A stretch of 64,000 bases of DNA from an uncultured Actinomycetes bacterium (lineage in GTDB: Bacteria > Actinomycetota > Thermoleophilia > Solirubrobacterales > 70-9), in assembly GCA_963773445.1 (NCBI GenBank), contig CAVZAU010000005.1, positions 280,944 through 344,943 of the forward strand. The letters are read 5' to 3'. Of the stretch, positions 32,316-40,734 are shown piece by piece. Numbering within the stretch: the stretch's first letter is position 1; each line of letters opens with the position of its first letter. Both the position numbers and the translations under genes were made by a program. Under the pieces are notes generated by a model, which made no database searches, was not told where the DNA came from, and was given only the letters and a program-made list of their open reading frames with translations.

Positions 32316-32511
32316 TTTCCGGAAACCCGCCGATGCTCCCGAGGTTGGGAATCGGGATGTTGCTCTCGTGGGTGACAATTCGCTTGGGCAGGGGTTCGCC
32401 CGAGCTCGAGCCGCTGCCATCCAGCTGCTGTCCAAGCAGAAAGCCGGAGGCGCCGATCAGGAGGGCGCATACTGTTCCTGGAAGTGCCCGGCGCCTCACG
32501 GTCCTCAACAT
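32272..32511 (-). CDS. Possible small membrane-anchored/secreted protein (weak)
   Basis: 79-aa ORF with an N-terminal hydrophobic segment (ALPGTVCALLIGASGFLLG) and moderate third-position G+C. Its 3' end overlaps udg by 44 nt. Confidence 0.3.
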   Translation of the reverse strand: MLRTVRRRALPGTVCALLIGASGFLLGQQLDGSGSSSGEPLPKRIVTHESNIPIPNLGSIGGFPEISKGAGRRTRRPAP

Positions 32512-32522
32512 AAACTGGCGGA

Positions 32523-34298
32523 GTGCTGCTCGCTGGGACGATGGTCCGCGGTTACCGCGTCATCAGGACGATCGGCAAGGGCGGGATGGGCACGGTCTAC
32601 GAGGCCGAAGAGGTCGCGCGGGGGCGGATGGTGGCGCTGAAGGTTCTCTCGAACGAGGCAGCCGGTGGCGACCCCACCTTCCCCCGGCGTTTTGAACGGG
32701 AGTGCCGGGCGCAGGGGGAACTCGACCATCCCCACATCGTCACCATCTTCAACAACGGCAACAGCCCGCAAGGGCGGTGGCTGGCGATGCAACTGGTTGA
32801 AGGGCGGACCCTCGAGCAGGTGCTCGAGGCGGAGCGGCTCGCCCCGAAGGAGGTCTTGGAGCTCCTCGCGCCGATTGCCGATGCGCTCGAAGCTGCTCAT
32901 GCGAAGGGCTTGATCCACCGCGACGTCACCCTGCGGAACATCCTCGTCGCCGACGACGGCACATCGTTCCTCGCTGACTTCGGGGTGACGAAGAGAGTCG
33001 ACGAGTGCAGCCTCACGAAGGCCGGCGACTTCGTCGGCAGCTTGAGGTACGCGGCGCCGGAGCAGATCCTGCAGGCGACGGTGCCGCGCAGCGACATCTA
33101 CTCGCTGGCGGTCGTCCTCTACCGGTGTCTGTGCGGCCGCTTCCCGTTCGAATCGCACGGGGAAGACGCCCTCTTCGTCGAGCAGTTGCTTCGGGCGCAT
33201 CCGTCGCCCACCTCGGTCAACCCGGGCCTGCCCCGGCCCCTCGACGATGTGCTCGCAACAGGCCTCGCCAAGGAGGCGACGGAGCGCTACCGAAGGCCAT
33301 GCGAGTTGATCGATGACGCACGGGCGAGCCTCGAAGGGAAAGAGCTGAGGCATCTCGCGGCTCGGTCCGCTCTTCCCGCAAGGTCCCTGGTGATCGTGGC
33401 GGTGGTCCTGTTCGTTCTGGGGCTCGGAGCCGGAGCGCTTGCCAGCGGGTCGGCTCGGCACAAAGGACACCACGTTCGCGCCGGGTCGCTCGAAGTCGCG
33501 GTTCCGAGAGGATGGGTCCGCGAAAATGGGGTCGTCGCCCGATTTCCACACCTTCAGCTCGCCGACCCTCTGACGCTGGTCCCTGCGAGTGGGAGAGGGA
33601 AGGAAGCCGCAATCGTCGGCATGTCCCTCACCCGTGGAAAGACGCTCCTGCCCTTTTATCTTCGGCCCTATGCGAGTAACCCACCGGTTACGGCCCTTTC
33701 GCTGGGCTCGCTGCAGGCTCTGCGCTACGACGGGATGGGACCGAAGTCGAAGACCGACCCGTGGACGGTGATCGTGTCCCCGACGAGTATCGGGGTCGCC
33801 ACGATCGCCTGCAGACCAGGTCCTCGCCAGGTTGACTCGCGCCGCATCTGCGAAAGGCTTGCCGCCAGCCTGAAGCTGCTGGATGGCAGCTCATACCCGG
33901 TTGGTCCTTCAGCCCAGTTCGCGGCGCTTCTGAGGCAGCAGTTCCGCGATCTCAACCACGGAATCCGGCGGCTCAAACGGCAGTTGCAGGAGGCGGAGGG
34001 AAGCGGGGCTCAGGCGGACGCATCCGGTGCTCTGGCAGATCTGTTCCGCCGCTGTGCGAGGACGCTCGCCGCGGCCTCGGTCTCTCCTCAAGCCGCCGCT
34101 CACCTGACGGGGTTGGTCACGGCTCTCCTCTGGGTCCGGGACTCCTATGAGGATCTAGCCGCCGCCTATAGAACCGAAAGGCCCGAGGCCTACAGCACCG
34201 CCCTCGGCGAGATCGGCATGTCGGAATCGGTCCTCTACAACCGGATCCATTGGCTTACCGGCCTTGGCTATCGTGTCCTGGAGGACTATCCCTATTAG
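32523..34298 (+). CDS. Hanks-type Ser/Thr protein kinase with TM segment and extracellular domain
   Basis: GKGGMGTVYEA, VALKVL, HRDVTLRNILV, DFG and APE motifs, followed by a TM (LVIVAVVLFVLGLGAGALA) and a ~270-aa C-terminal domain. Confidence 0.92.
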   Translation: MLLAGTMVRGYRVIRTIGKGGMGTVYEAEEVARGRMVALKVLSNEAAGGDPTFPRRFERECRAQGELDHPHIVTIFNNGNSPQGRWLAMQLVEGRTLEQVLEAERLAPKEVLELLAPIADALEAAHAKGLIHRDVTLRNILVADDGTSFLADFGVTKRVDECSLTKAGDFVGSLRYAAPEQILQATVPRSDIYSLAVVLYRCLCGRFPFESHGEDALFVEQLLRAHPSPTSVNPGLPRPLDDVLATGLAKEATERYRRPCELIDDARASLEGKELRHLAARSALPARSLVIVAVVLFVLGLGAGALASGSARHKGHHVRAGSLEVAVPRGWVRENGVVARFPHLQLADPLTLVPASGRGKEAAIVGMSLTRGKTLLPFYLRPYASNPPVTALSLGSLQALRYDGMGPKSKTDPWTVIVSPTSIGVATIACRPGPRQVDSRRICERLAASLKLLDGSSYPVGPSAQFAALLRQQFRDLNHGIRRLKRQLQEAEGSGAQADASGALADLFRRCARTLAAASVSPQAAAHLTGLVTALLWVRDSYEDLAAAYRTERPEAYSTALGEIGMSESVLYNRIHWLTGLGYRVLEDYPY

Positions 34299-34313
34299 TC
34301 GAGGCGATGGTGT

Positions 34314-34353
34314 GTGGCGACTTATAGGTCCTATAGGGACCAAAAGTCGCCAC
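34314..34353. terminator. Hairpin between convergent kinase and LLM genes
   Basis: GTGGCGACTT (34314-34323) pairs with AAGTCGCCAC (34344-34353), enclosing a second near-palindrome GGTCCTATAGGGACC. Confidence 0.45.
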
Positions 34354-34356
34354 TCG

Positions 34357-35145
34357 TCACGAGGCTGTGGGGGCGGCGGACTCGGCCAGCGCCGTCATCG
34401 CCTCGACCTTGGCACTGGCCAGGCCGCGGACGACGATGGTGTCCAGGGCGCTGTAGGCGCTGAGGGCTTCTTGGGCTGCGGCCGCGTCGGGGGCGGCGAC
34501 GCCGACGGTGCCCTCGGGCTCGGCGAGGCGGTCGAAGTGGTCGCGGTAGCCCTTGTGGAGGTCGCGGTAGAAGGACTCCTCCTTGGCGAGGCGGTCGGCG
34601 GCGTCGGGGCCGACGGCGGTGCGCACGTAGCCGAAGACCGGTGGGGTGGGGCGGTCGGCGGCGGCGGCGCCGGCCTCGACCTTCTCGCGGGCGCCGGCGG
34701 CGAAGCCGGGGGTCATCCAGTTGAAGAAGACGCCGTCGTAGGAGCTACCGGCGAGTTCGCACATCTTCGGGCCCATCGCGGCGAGGACGAGTTTCACGCC
34801 CGGCAGCAGCTCGCGCAGCTCCGGCAGCGCCTCGCGCATCTTCGTCAGCGGCTTCTTGGTGAAGCCGGCGCCGACGCCGAGCCAGAGGTTCGCTGGATCG
34901 ATGCCGAACTCATCGAGGTCGGCGGCGATCTGCTCGGGCGGGGTGCGGTCGAGGGCGATTACGGCGACGCCGAGCTCGAGACCGGGCGCCGCCGCGGCGA
35001 ACTCGGCCAGCGTCGCCAGGCCTTTCGCCCCCGGGTGGTCGTTCGACCAGATCGAGTCGTAGCCGAGCTCGGCGCAGCTCGCGGCCAGCGGCCGCGCCAC
35101 CTCCGGGTCCAGGCCCGCTGCCACTCCGAACGCCCTACTCGCCAT
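34357..35145 (-). CDS. LLM-class (luciferase-like) F420-dependent oxidoreductase
   Basis: 262 aa, GYDSIWSNDH... Typical short LLM/F420 family length and sequence. Confidence 0.88.
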   Translation of the reverse strand: MASRAFGVAAGLDPEVARPLAASCAELGYDSIWSNDHPGAKGLATLAEFAAAAPGLELGVAVIALDRTPPEQIAADLDEFGIDPANLWLGVGAGFTKKPLTKMREALPELRELLPGVKLVLAAMGPKMCELAGSSYDGVFFNWMTPGFAAGAREKVEAGAAAADRPTPPVFGYVRTAVGPDAADRLAKEESFYRDLHKGYRDHFDRLAEPEGTVGVAAPDAAAAQEALSAYSALDTIVVRGLASAKVEAMTALAESAAPTAS

Positions 35146-36478
35146 CGCTCGCCGCCTCCTCCGTTTCGCGTCCCGGGGCGGGTATCCGCTTCGGGTCGCG
35201 CTCGAAGAGTGCCACGCACTCGATGTGCGGGGTCTGGGGGAACATGTCGACCGGCCTCACGCGGGCCAATCTATAACCGGCCTCTCCCAGCTGGGCGGCG
35301 TTGGGGGCGAGCGTGGTCGGGTTGCAGGAGACGTAGACGATCTTCCGCGCCTCGCACTCGAGCACGCGGCGGACGATTTTCTGCGAGAGCCCCGCCCGCG
35401 GCGGGTCGACGATGACGACGTCCGGCTTGCCGGCTTTCTCGACCAGCGGCCGTACCCCGGTGCGCGCGTTCCCCGCCATGAAGTGGGCGTTCTCGATCTT
35501 GTTGCGGCGGGCGTTGCGCTCGGCGTCTTCGATCGCCTCGGGGACGATCTCCAGGCCCCAGACCTCACCGGCCTGCCCCGCCATCGTTAGCCCGATCGTC
35601 CCGATCCCGCAGAAGAGGTCGAAGACCCGCTCGCTCCCGCTCAGCCCCGCGAACTCGGCGGCGACGGCGTAGAGCTTCTCGGCCATCTCGGTGTTGGTCT
35701 GGAAGAAGGCGCCGTGGGACATCTCCAGCCGCAGGCCGCAGAGCTCCTCCCGCAGCCGTTCGGAGCCGAGCACCCCGGTCGGGCCGTCGCTGCCGCCGGC
35801 GTTGCCCTCGACGATCGTGTGCAGGTCGACCGGTGGTCGCGGGAAGCGCGCTTTCACCGTCACCAGCCGGGTCTGGATCTGCCCGGTCCGCCGCCCCTCG
35901 CGCACCGCGAGGTTGCGCAGGACGCCGCGGTGGGCGCGGCGGTCGTAGGCCGGGATCGCCTCCGCCCGCGCCCACTCGCGCACCGCGTTCCGCGCCTCGT
36001 TGCCCGCCGCGCTCCCGAGGTGGCAGTCGTCGACGTCGACGATCAGGTCCCAGCGGCCGCGGGCGTGGAAGCCGAGCGCCAGCTCGTCGTCCGCTTCGCC
36101 GAAGGAGTATTCGAGCTTGTTGCGGTAGCGCCACTGCTCCACCGCCGGCACGATCTCCTCCAGCTCGTAGCCCTCGAGGCCGCCGATTCGGTTCAGCGCC
36201 TCGCCGACCTGTTCCTGCTTGTAGACGAGCTGCCGCTCGTAGGGAAGGCCCTGCCACGGAGCACCCGGACAGGGCTCGCCGCCGTGGACGCAGACGTCAG
36301 GCAGGCGGTCGGCGGCGGCCTCGACGACCTCGACCGCCCGCGCCTCGGCGAAGCGCTTCTTCGCCTTCGTCACCTCGGCGCGGACTCGGTCCCCCGGCAG
36401 CGCCCCGGTGACGAAGACGACGAAGCCGTCGCTGCGGGAGATCCCTCGCCCGCCGAAGGCGAGCGAGTCGATCTCCAG
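35135..36478 (-). CDS. 23S rRNA (uracil-C5)-methyltransferase RlmD/RumA-like with N-terminal TRAM domain
   Basis: SAM-MTase core (DLFCGIGTIGL, DPPRAGL, YVSCNP). The TRAM sequence LEIDSLAFGGRGISRSDGFVVFVTGALPGDRVRAEV is encoded in frame upstream of the track GTG (36373). There is no ATG/GTG/TTG in that stretch, so the 5' end is placed at CTG 36478 and remains uncertain. Confidence 0.85.
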   Translation of the reverse strand: MEIDSLAFGGRGISRSDGFVVFVTGALPGDRVRAEVTKAKKRFAEARAVEVVEAAADRLPDVCVHGGEPCPGAPWQGLPYERQLVYKQEQVGEALNRIGGLEGYELEEIVPAVEQWRYRNKLEYSFGEADDELALGFHARGRWDLIVDVDDCHLGSAAGNEARNAVREWARAEAIPAYDRRAHRGVLRNLAVREGRRTGQIQTRLVTVKARFPRPPVDLHTIVEGNAGGSDGPTGVLGSERLREELCGLRLEMSHGAFFQTNTEMAEKLYAVAAEFAGLSGSERVFDLFCGIGTIGLTMAGQAGEVWGLEIVPEAIEDAERNARRNKIENAHFMAGNARTGVRPLVEKAGKPDVVIVDPPRAGLSQKIVRRVLECEARKIVYVSCNPTTLAPNAAQLGEAGYRLARVRPVDMFPQTPHIECVALFERDPKRIPAPGRETEEAASDGE

Positions 36479-36518
36479 CTCGAGCTGATCCCCGGGGGGT
36501 AGGGGTATGGGAGGCGCT

Positions 36519-37028
36519 TTATGGCAGGGCTTTGCGCGCCTGGTTGACCAGCCGCTCGAGTTCTTTGATCAGCGAGTCGCGCTGTTTCTTGCCCCGTTTG
36601 ACGAGTTCAGAGAGCAGTTTCTCGGCGTCGCTGCGGGTCATCCGGCCCCGTTTGACCGCGTCGTCGACAACGTCCTGGATGCGGTCGCGGCTCAGGGTCA
36701 CGCTCTGCTCGAGGCTCTCGCGGAACTGGGCGACGCTCTTGTCGAGCCCGCTCGTCGCTTTGCTGGAGGCTTTGCCTTTCGTGGTCCTGTTGGAGGCGCC
36801 TTTGCTGCCTTTTTTAGAGGACGATTTCGAGCTCGATTTGGATTTCGAGGGTGAGGCGCTTTTCCTGGCTGCTTTCGAAGTCGCTTTTCTGGCTTTGGTC
36901 GCTTTGCCTTTGGCTTTCGATTTCGTCGATTTCGCCCCTTTGGCCGATTTCGTCGATTTCGATTTCGCGGCGGCTTTCGCTTTTGATTTGCTGCTTTTCG
37001 ATTTGCCGGTCGCTTTTTTCTCCGCCAT
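36519..37028 (-). CDS. Lys/Ser/Ala-rich histone-H1-like protein with helical (phasin-like) C-terminal domain
   Basis: 169 aa. The N-terminal ~95 aa are low-complexity KSKSSKSKAKAAAKSK... The C-terminus reads VAQFRESLEQSVTLSRDRIQDVVDDAVKRGRMTRSDAEKLLSELVKRGKKQRDSLIKELERLV. Confidence 0.8.
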   Translation of the reverse strand: MAEKKATGKSKSSKSKAKAAAKSKSTKSAKGAKSTKSKAKGKATKARKATSKAARKSASPSKSKSSSKSSSKKGSKGASNRTTKGKASSKATSGLDKSVAQFRESLEQSVTLSRDRIQDVVDDAVKRGRMTRSDAEKLLSELVKRGKKQRDSLIKELERLVNQARKALP

Positions 37029-37077
37029 CTAGGTCTGCCTCCGTTGTCGGTTGTCCCGCTGGTGGGACTCGACTATC

Positions 37078-37917
37078 TCAATTCCGCAGGAGGTCTGGCT
37101 CGGCGGCGCGAAATCGTGCCTGCACGGGTGCATGATCGGAGAGCCGCAGCGCCCGTCCCTCGTACGGCAGCTCGCGCTGCTCGGGGGGCCAGCGGGTCGG
37201 GTGGTCGATCACCTCGAGGCCGCGGCAGAGGATGTGGTCGATCGCGTCCGGCGCGGTCGAGGGCGCCAACCCGAGCTCGTTCTGCAGCTGCTCGAACACC
37301 TGCGGGTTCTTGCCGGGACGGAGGTTGAGGTCCCCGCCGAAGATCAGCGGCGCGCCGCCGGCCCACTCGAGCGCCACCCGCGCCGCTTTCTCCACGTCCT
37401 CGGCCGCCAGTCGCGGCCAGTCGTTGGTCGCGTGCAGGTTGGCGACGCAGAGGCCAGAGGCGGTGCGGACGAAGCCCATCGCCCGCCGCTCCGGCTCGCC
37501 TTCGTGGATCGCCATCTCGCGCCGCTCGGCGATCCCGCCGAGCTTGCCGGGGACGCGGACGAGGATCAGGTTCGAGCCGCCCTCACCGGAGGCCATCAGG
37601 TCCGGGTTCTGCCGCGCCAGCAGGCCACGCAGGGCGCCGAACCCGTTGCGCGAGGTCAACGTCCGGTGCCACTCGGCCCGGCAGGCGCGGGCCAGCGGCC
37701 CGGCGAAGCGCGGCGGGCACTCCTGCAGCATCGCCACGTCCCACTCGGCCCGCGAGAGCAGCGTCGCGAACTCCTCGCTGAGGTCGCGGTTGACCTGGAC
37801 GTGGGTCGCGTTCCGCTCCTCCAGTCGCAGCAGCCGCGAGCGCCGGGTGCGCAGCGCCGGGTCGGGCGGGAAGTCGCGCCCGTGGAAGAGGTTCCAGCTC
37901 AGTGCCGTCAGCTCCAT
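37078..37917 (-). CDS. Endonuclease/exonuclease/phosphatase (EEP) family protein, cytoplasmic
   Basis: 279 aa with LSWNLFHG, MLQEC, NLHATN, GGDLN and SDHAPV motifs. Confidence 0.85.
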   Translation of the reverse strand: MELTALSWNLFHGRDFPPDPALRTRRSRLLRLEERNATHVQVNRDLSEEFATLLSRAEWDVAMLQECPPRFAGPLARACRAEWHRTLTSRNGFGALRGLLARQNPDLMASGEGGSNLILVRVPGKLGGIAERREMAIHEGEPERRAMGFVRTASGLCVANLHATNDWPRLAAEDVEKAARVALEWAGGAPLIFGGDLNLRPGKNPQVFEQLQNELGLAPSTAPDAIDHILCRGLEVIDHPTRWPPEQRELPYEGRALRLSDHAPVQARFRAAEPDLLRN

Positions 37918-38135
37918 CCGCCGTAGTCCTGTGTTGGGTGACGTTCGCCCGGTTCTGGCTCAGGCATCGCCGTGACTGGCAAGGACGCAGACCCGAAGGC
38001 GTGGCGGCGCCACGCCGAGCGGTCGAGGACGCCGCCAGGCGCGGCGAGGGCAAGCCAGAGAGGGGGAACGTTGCCTGACACAGGACTAGTATCCGCAAGC
38101 TTGTTGATCGCGAAGCGAAGCGGAGCGCACTCTTG

Positions 38136-39014
38136 ATGAATTTCCTCACCGGCGAAGAGCTCGGAGCGTTCGAGCTCGGCAAGCTGCTCGACCGCGCGGC
38201 CGAGCTGAAAGCGGGACGGCGCGACGGCGTCGGCCGCGACTCGCTCGCTGGCCGCAACATCGCGCTCGTCTTCGAAAAGCCCTCGACGCGGACGCGGATT
38301 TCCTTCGACGTCGGCGTCGCCGAGCTCGGCGCCCACGGGGTGATGCTGCGCGGGGACGAACTGCAGCTGGCGCGCGGCGAGTCGACCGGCGACACCGCCC
38401 GCGTCCTCTCCCGCTACGTCGACGCGATCGTGATCCGCTCCGGCTCCCATGAGGTGGTTGCCGAGCTCGCCGAGGCGGCCGAGGTGCCGGTCGTCAACGG
38501 CCTCACCCCGCTGCACCATCCCTGCCAGGCAATCGCCGACCTGCTGACGATGCGGGAGCGCTTCGGCGACCTGCAGGGCTTGCGCCTCGCCTACGTCGGC
38601 GACGGCAACAACGTCGCCCGCTCGCTGGCGATCCTCGGCGAGCTGACCGGGGTCGAGGTGGTCGTCGCCGCGCCCGAGGGCTACCAGCTGGAGGAGGGTC
38701 ACGGGGCGAAGCTGACCGGCGACCCGCGCGCCGCCGCTGCCGGCGCCGACGCCCTCTACACCGACGTTTGGGTCAGCATGGGCGACGAGACCGAGGCCGA
38801 GCGGCGACGCGCCGACCTCGCTCCCTTCCGGCTTGACCGCGACCTGCTCGCCGCCGCCAAGGAGCGGGCGATCGTCCTCCACTGCCTGCCCGCCCACCCC
38901 GGCGAGGAGATCACCGCCGACGTCCTCTACGGCGACCGCTCGGCCGTCTGGGACCAGGCCGAGAACCGGCTGCACGCGCAGAAGGCGCTGCTGGAGATGC
39001 TGCTCACCGAGTAG
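38136..39014 (+). CDS. argF: Ornithine carbamoyltransferase
   Basis: STRTR, HPCQ, DVWVSMG and HCLP motifs. ATG 38136 is preferred over the adjacent TTG 38133. Confidence 0.93.
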   Translation: MNFLTGEELGAFELGKLLDRAAELKAGRRDGVGRDSLAGRNIALVFEKPSTRTRISFDVGVAELGAHGVMLRGDELQLARGESTGDTARVLSRYVDAIVIRSGSHEVVAELAEAAEVPVVNGLTPLHHPCQAIADLLTMRERFGDLQGLRLAYVGDGNNVARSLAILGELTGVEVVVAAPEGYQLEEGHGAKLTGDPRAAAAGADALYTDVWVSMGDETEAERRRADLAPFRLDRDLLAAAKERAIVLHCLPAHPGEEITADVLYGDRSAVWDQAENRLHAQKALLEMLLTE

Positions 39015-39023
39015 CGGCGCCCG

Positions 39024-39809
39024 ATGCACCCCGAGATCCAGATCGGCCCGCTGACGCTGCAGACCTTCGGGCTGATGTTCGCGCTCGCCTTCCTCGCGGC
39101 GGGCGCGCTGATCTGGAAGCGTTTCGAGGAGATCGGCAGGCCGGTCGACTGGGCCTACGAGATGGGGTTCGCGGCACTCGTCGGCGGCGTCATCGGCTCC
39201 CGCGTCTATTTCATCGTCGACAACTACAGTGAGGTCAAGGACGACCTCCTCGGCAACATCTTCAGCGGCTCCGGCCTCACCTGGTACGGCGGCGCGATCG
39301 GCGGCGCCATCGCCGTCTTCCTCTGGGCCTGGTACCGCGGCTTCCTCGGCTTGGCTCTGCTCGACGTGGCGGCGCCGGCGCTGGCGCTCGGCTACGCGAT
39401 CGGCCGCTGCGGCTGCCAGCTCTCCGGCGACGGCGACTACGGCAAGGCCTGGGACGGTCCCTGGGCGATGTCCTACCCCGACGGCACCGTGCCCACCGAC
39501 CAGACCGTCCACCCGACGCCGATCTACGAGACGCTGGCGATGGGGCTCGGCGCCTGGATGCTGTGGCAGCTGCGCGACCGGGTGCGCCCGGGGATCCTCT
39601 TCGCGATCTACCTGCTCTACGCGGGGACCGAGCGCTTCCTCGTCGAGTTCCTCCGCCGCAACACCGACGTGGTGCTGGGGCTGACGCAGGCGCAGCTCGA
39701 GAGCCTGGTGATGATCGGCGCCGGCGGGCTATGGATCGCTATCGTGAGCCGCCGCTACGGAGGCATCGGGCGGCCGGCGGCGAATGGAGTGGCTCGCGCT
39801 GGGGCTTAG
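39024..39809 (+). CDS. lgt: Prolipoprotein diacylglyceryl transferase
   Basis: 261-aa multi-TM protein with GGVIGSRVYF, WYGGAIGG, GRCGC and HPTPIYE motifs. Confidence 0.93.
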   Translation: MHPEIQIGPLTLQTFGLMFALAFLAAGALIWKRFEEIGRPVDWAYEMGFAALVGGVIGSRVYFIVDNYSEVKDDLLGNIFSGSGLTWYGGAIGGAIAVFLWAWYRGFLGLALLDVAAPALALGYAIGRCGCQLSGDGDYGKAWDGPWAMSYPDGTVPTDQTVHPTPIYETLAMGLGAWMLWQLRDRVRPGILFAIYLLYAGTERFLVEFLRRNTDVVLGLTQAQLESLVMIGAGGLWIAIVSRRYGGIGRPAANGVARAGA

Positions 39810-39885
39810 AACTCCCAAGAGCCTCGTATCACTGGTATCTTGCGCAAAATCTTTGGAGCGGTACGGACAGGGAGGATTGGCGGTA

Positions 39886-40734
39886 ATGGCGGCTATCGAT
39901 GTTCAGAGCGAGGGGCCTTCGGCTCGCACCGTGGGAGCGATCCTCGACGACGCGGCTGAGCGGATCGCCGCCGCCGGGGTCGAGGACTCCCGCACCGAGG
40001 CCGAAATCCTGGTCGCCGACGCGCTTGGCGTCGCGCCCAGCGAACTCAGCGTCGAGAGCGCCGGCGAGGTTGGCGCCGAGGCGGCCGAGAAGATCGAGCG
40101 CAACGTCCAGCGCCGGGTCGAGCGCGAGCCGATGGCCTACATCCTCGGTCGCGCGCCCTTTCGCAACCTCGAGATTTACGTTGACGAGCGCGTGCTCTGG
40201 CCGCGCCGGGAGACCGAGCTGCTGGTCGAGGTGGGAGCGTCGCTCCCCGAGGGCGCGCGCGTGCACGAGATCGGCACCGGCTCCGGCGCGATCGCGCTGG
40301 CGCTGATGTCAGAGCGCCCTGACCTGAAGGTGACCGCCTCGGACCTCTCGCCGGAAGCGGTCGAAGCGGCGCGGGAGAACGCCGAGCGGCTCGGGCTCGA
40401 CCTCGAGGTGACGGTCGGCAAGGGGCTGCCGGAGTCGGTCGAAGCCGAAGACGTCGACCTCGTGATCGCCAACATGCCCTACGTCACCGACGAGACCATC
40501 TTCGAGCGCTCGCCGGAGATCCAGAAGGAGCCGCGGATGGCGGTGACCGGCGATTGCGGCGAGGACGGCCTCGGCGTGATCCGCGGCGTCATCGCCGAAA
40601 CGCCCTCGGGCTGGAAGCTGGCGATGGAGCACGACACCCATCACGGGCCGGCGATGCGCGAGCTGCTGCGCGACGCGACTACCCTTCAGGACTATGAAGG
40701 GGATGACCGGGTCACCGTCGGCTACGCGCCCTGA
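39886..40734 (+). CDS. prmC: Release-factor glutamine N5-methyltransferase PrmC/HemK
   Basis: HEIGTGSGAIAL SAM motif and VIANMPYV (an NPPY-motif variant). ATG 39886 is preceded by GGAGGA. Confidence 0.9.
   Translation: MAAIDVQSEGPSARTVGAILDDAAERIAAAGVEDSRTEAEILVADALGVAPSELSVESAGEVGAEAAEKIERNVQRRVEREPMAYILGRAPFRNLEIYVDERVLWPRRETELLVEVGASLPEGARVHEIGTGSGAIALALMSERPDLKVTASDLSPEAVEAARENAERLGLDLEVTVGKGLPESVEAEDVDLVIANMPYVTDETIFERSPEIQKEPRMAVTGDCGEDGLGVIRGVIAETPSGWKLAMEHDTHHGPAMRELLRDATTLQDYEGDDRVTVGYAP

Noticed and set aside
32272-32511. The small minus-strand ORF between udg and the kinase gene as a confident gene.
   Set aside because: It is kept only as a low-confidence feature. It overlaps the udg 3' end by 44 nt, has no recognisable family and has only moderate coding-like codon bias.
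36840-37028. Short tandem GATTTCG/GCTTTCG-like repeats that might suggest a repeat array or CRISPR.
   Set aside because: The units are 6-9 nt, degenerate and lack spacers. They lie within a CDS and encode the Lys/Ser-rich low-complexity tract.
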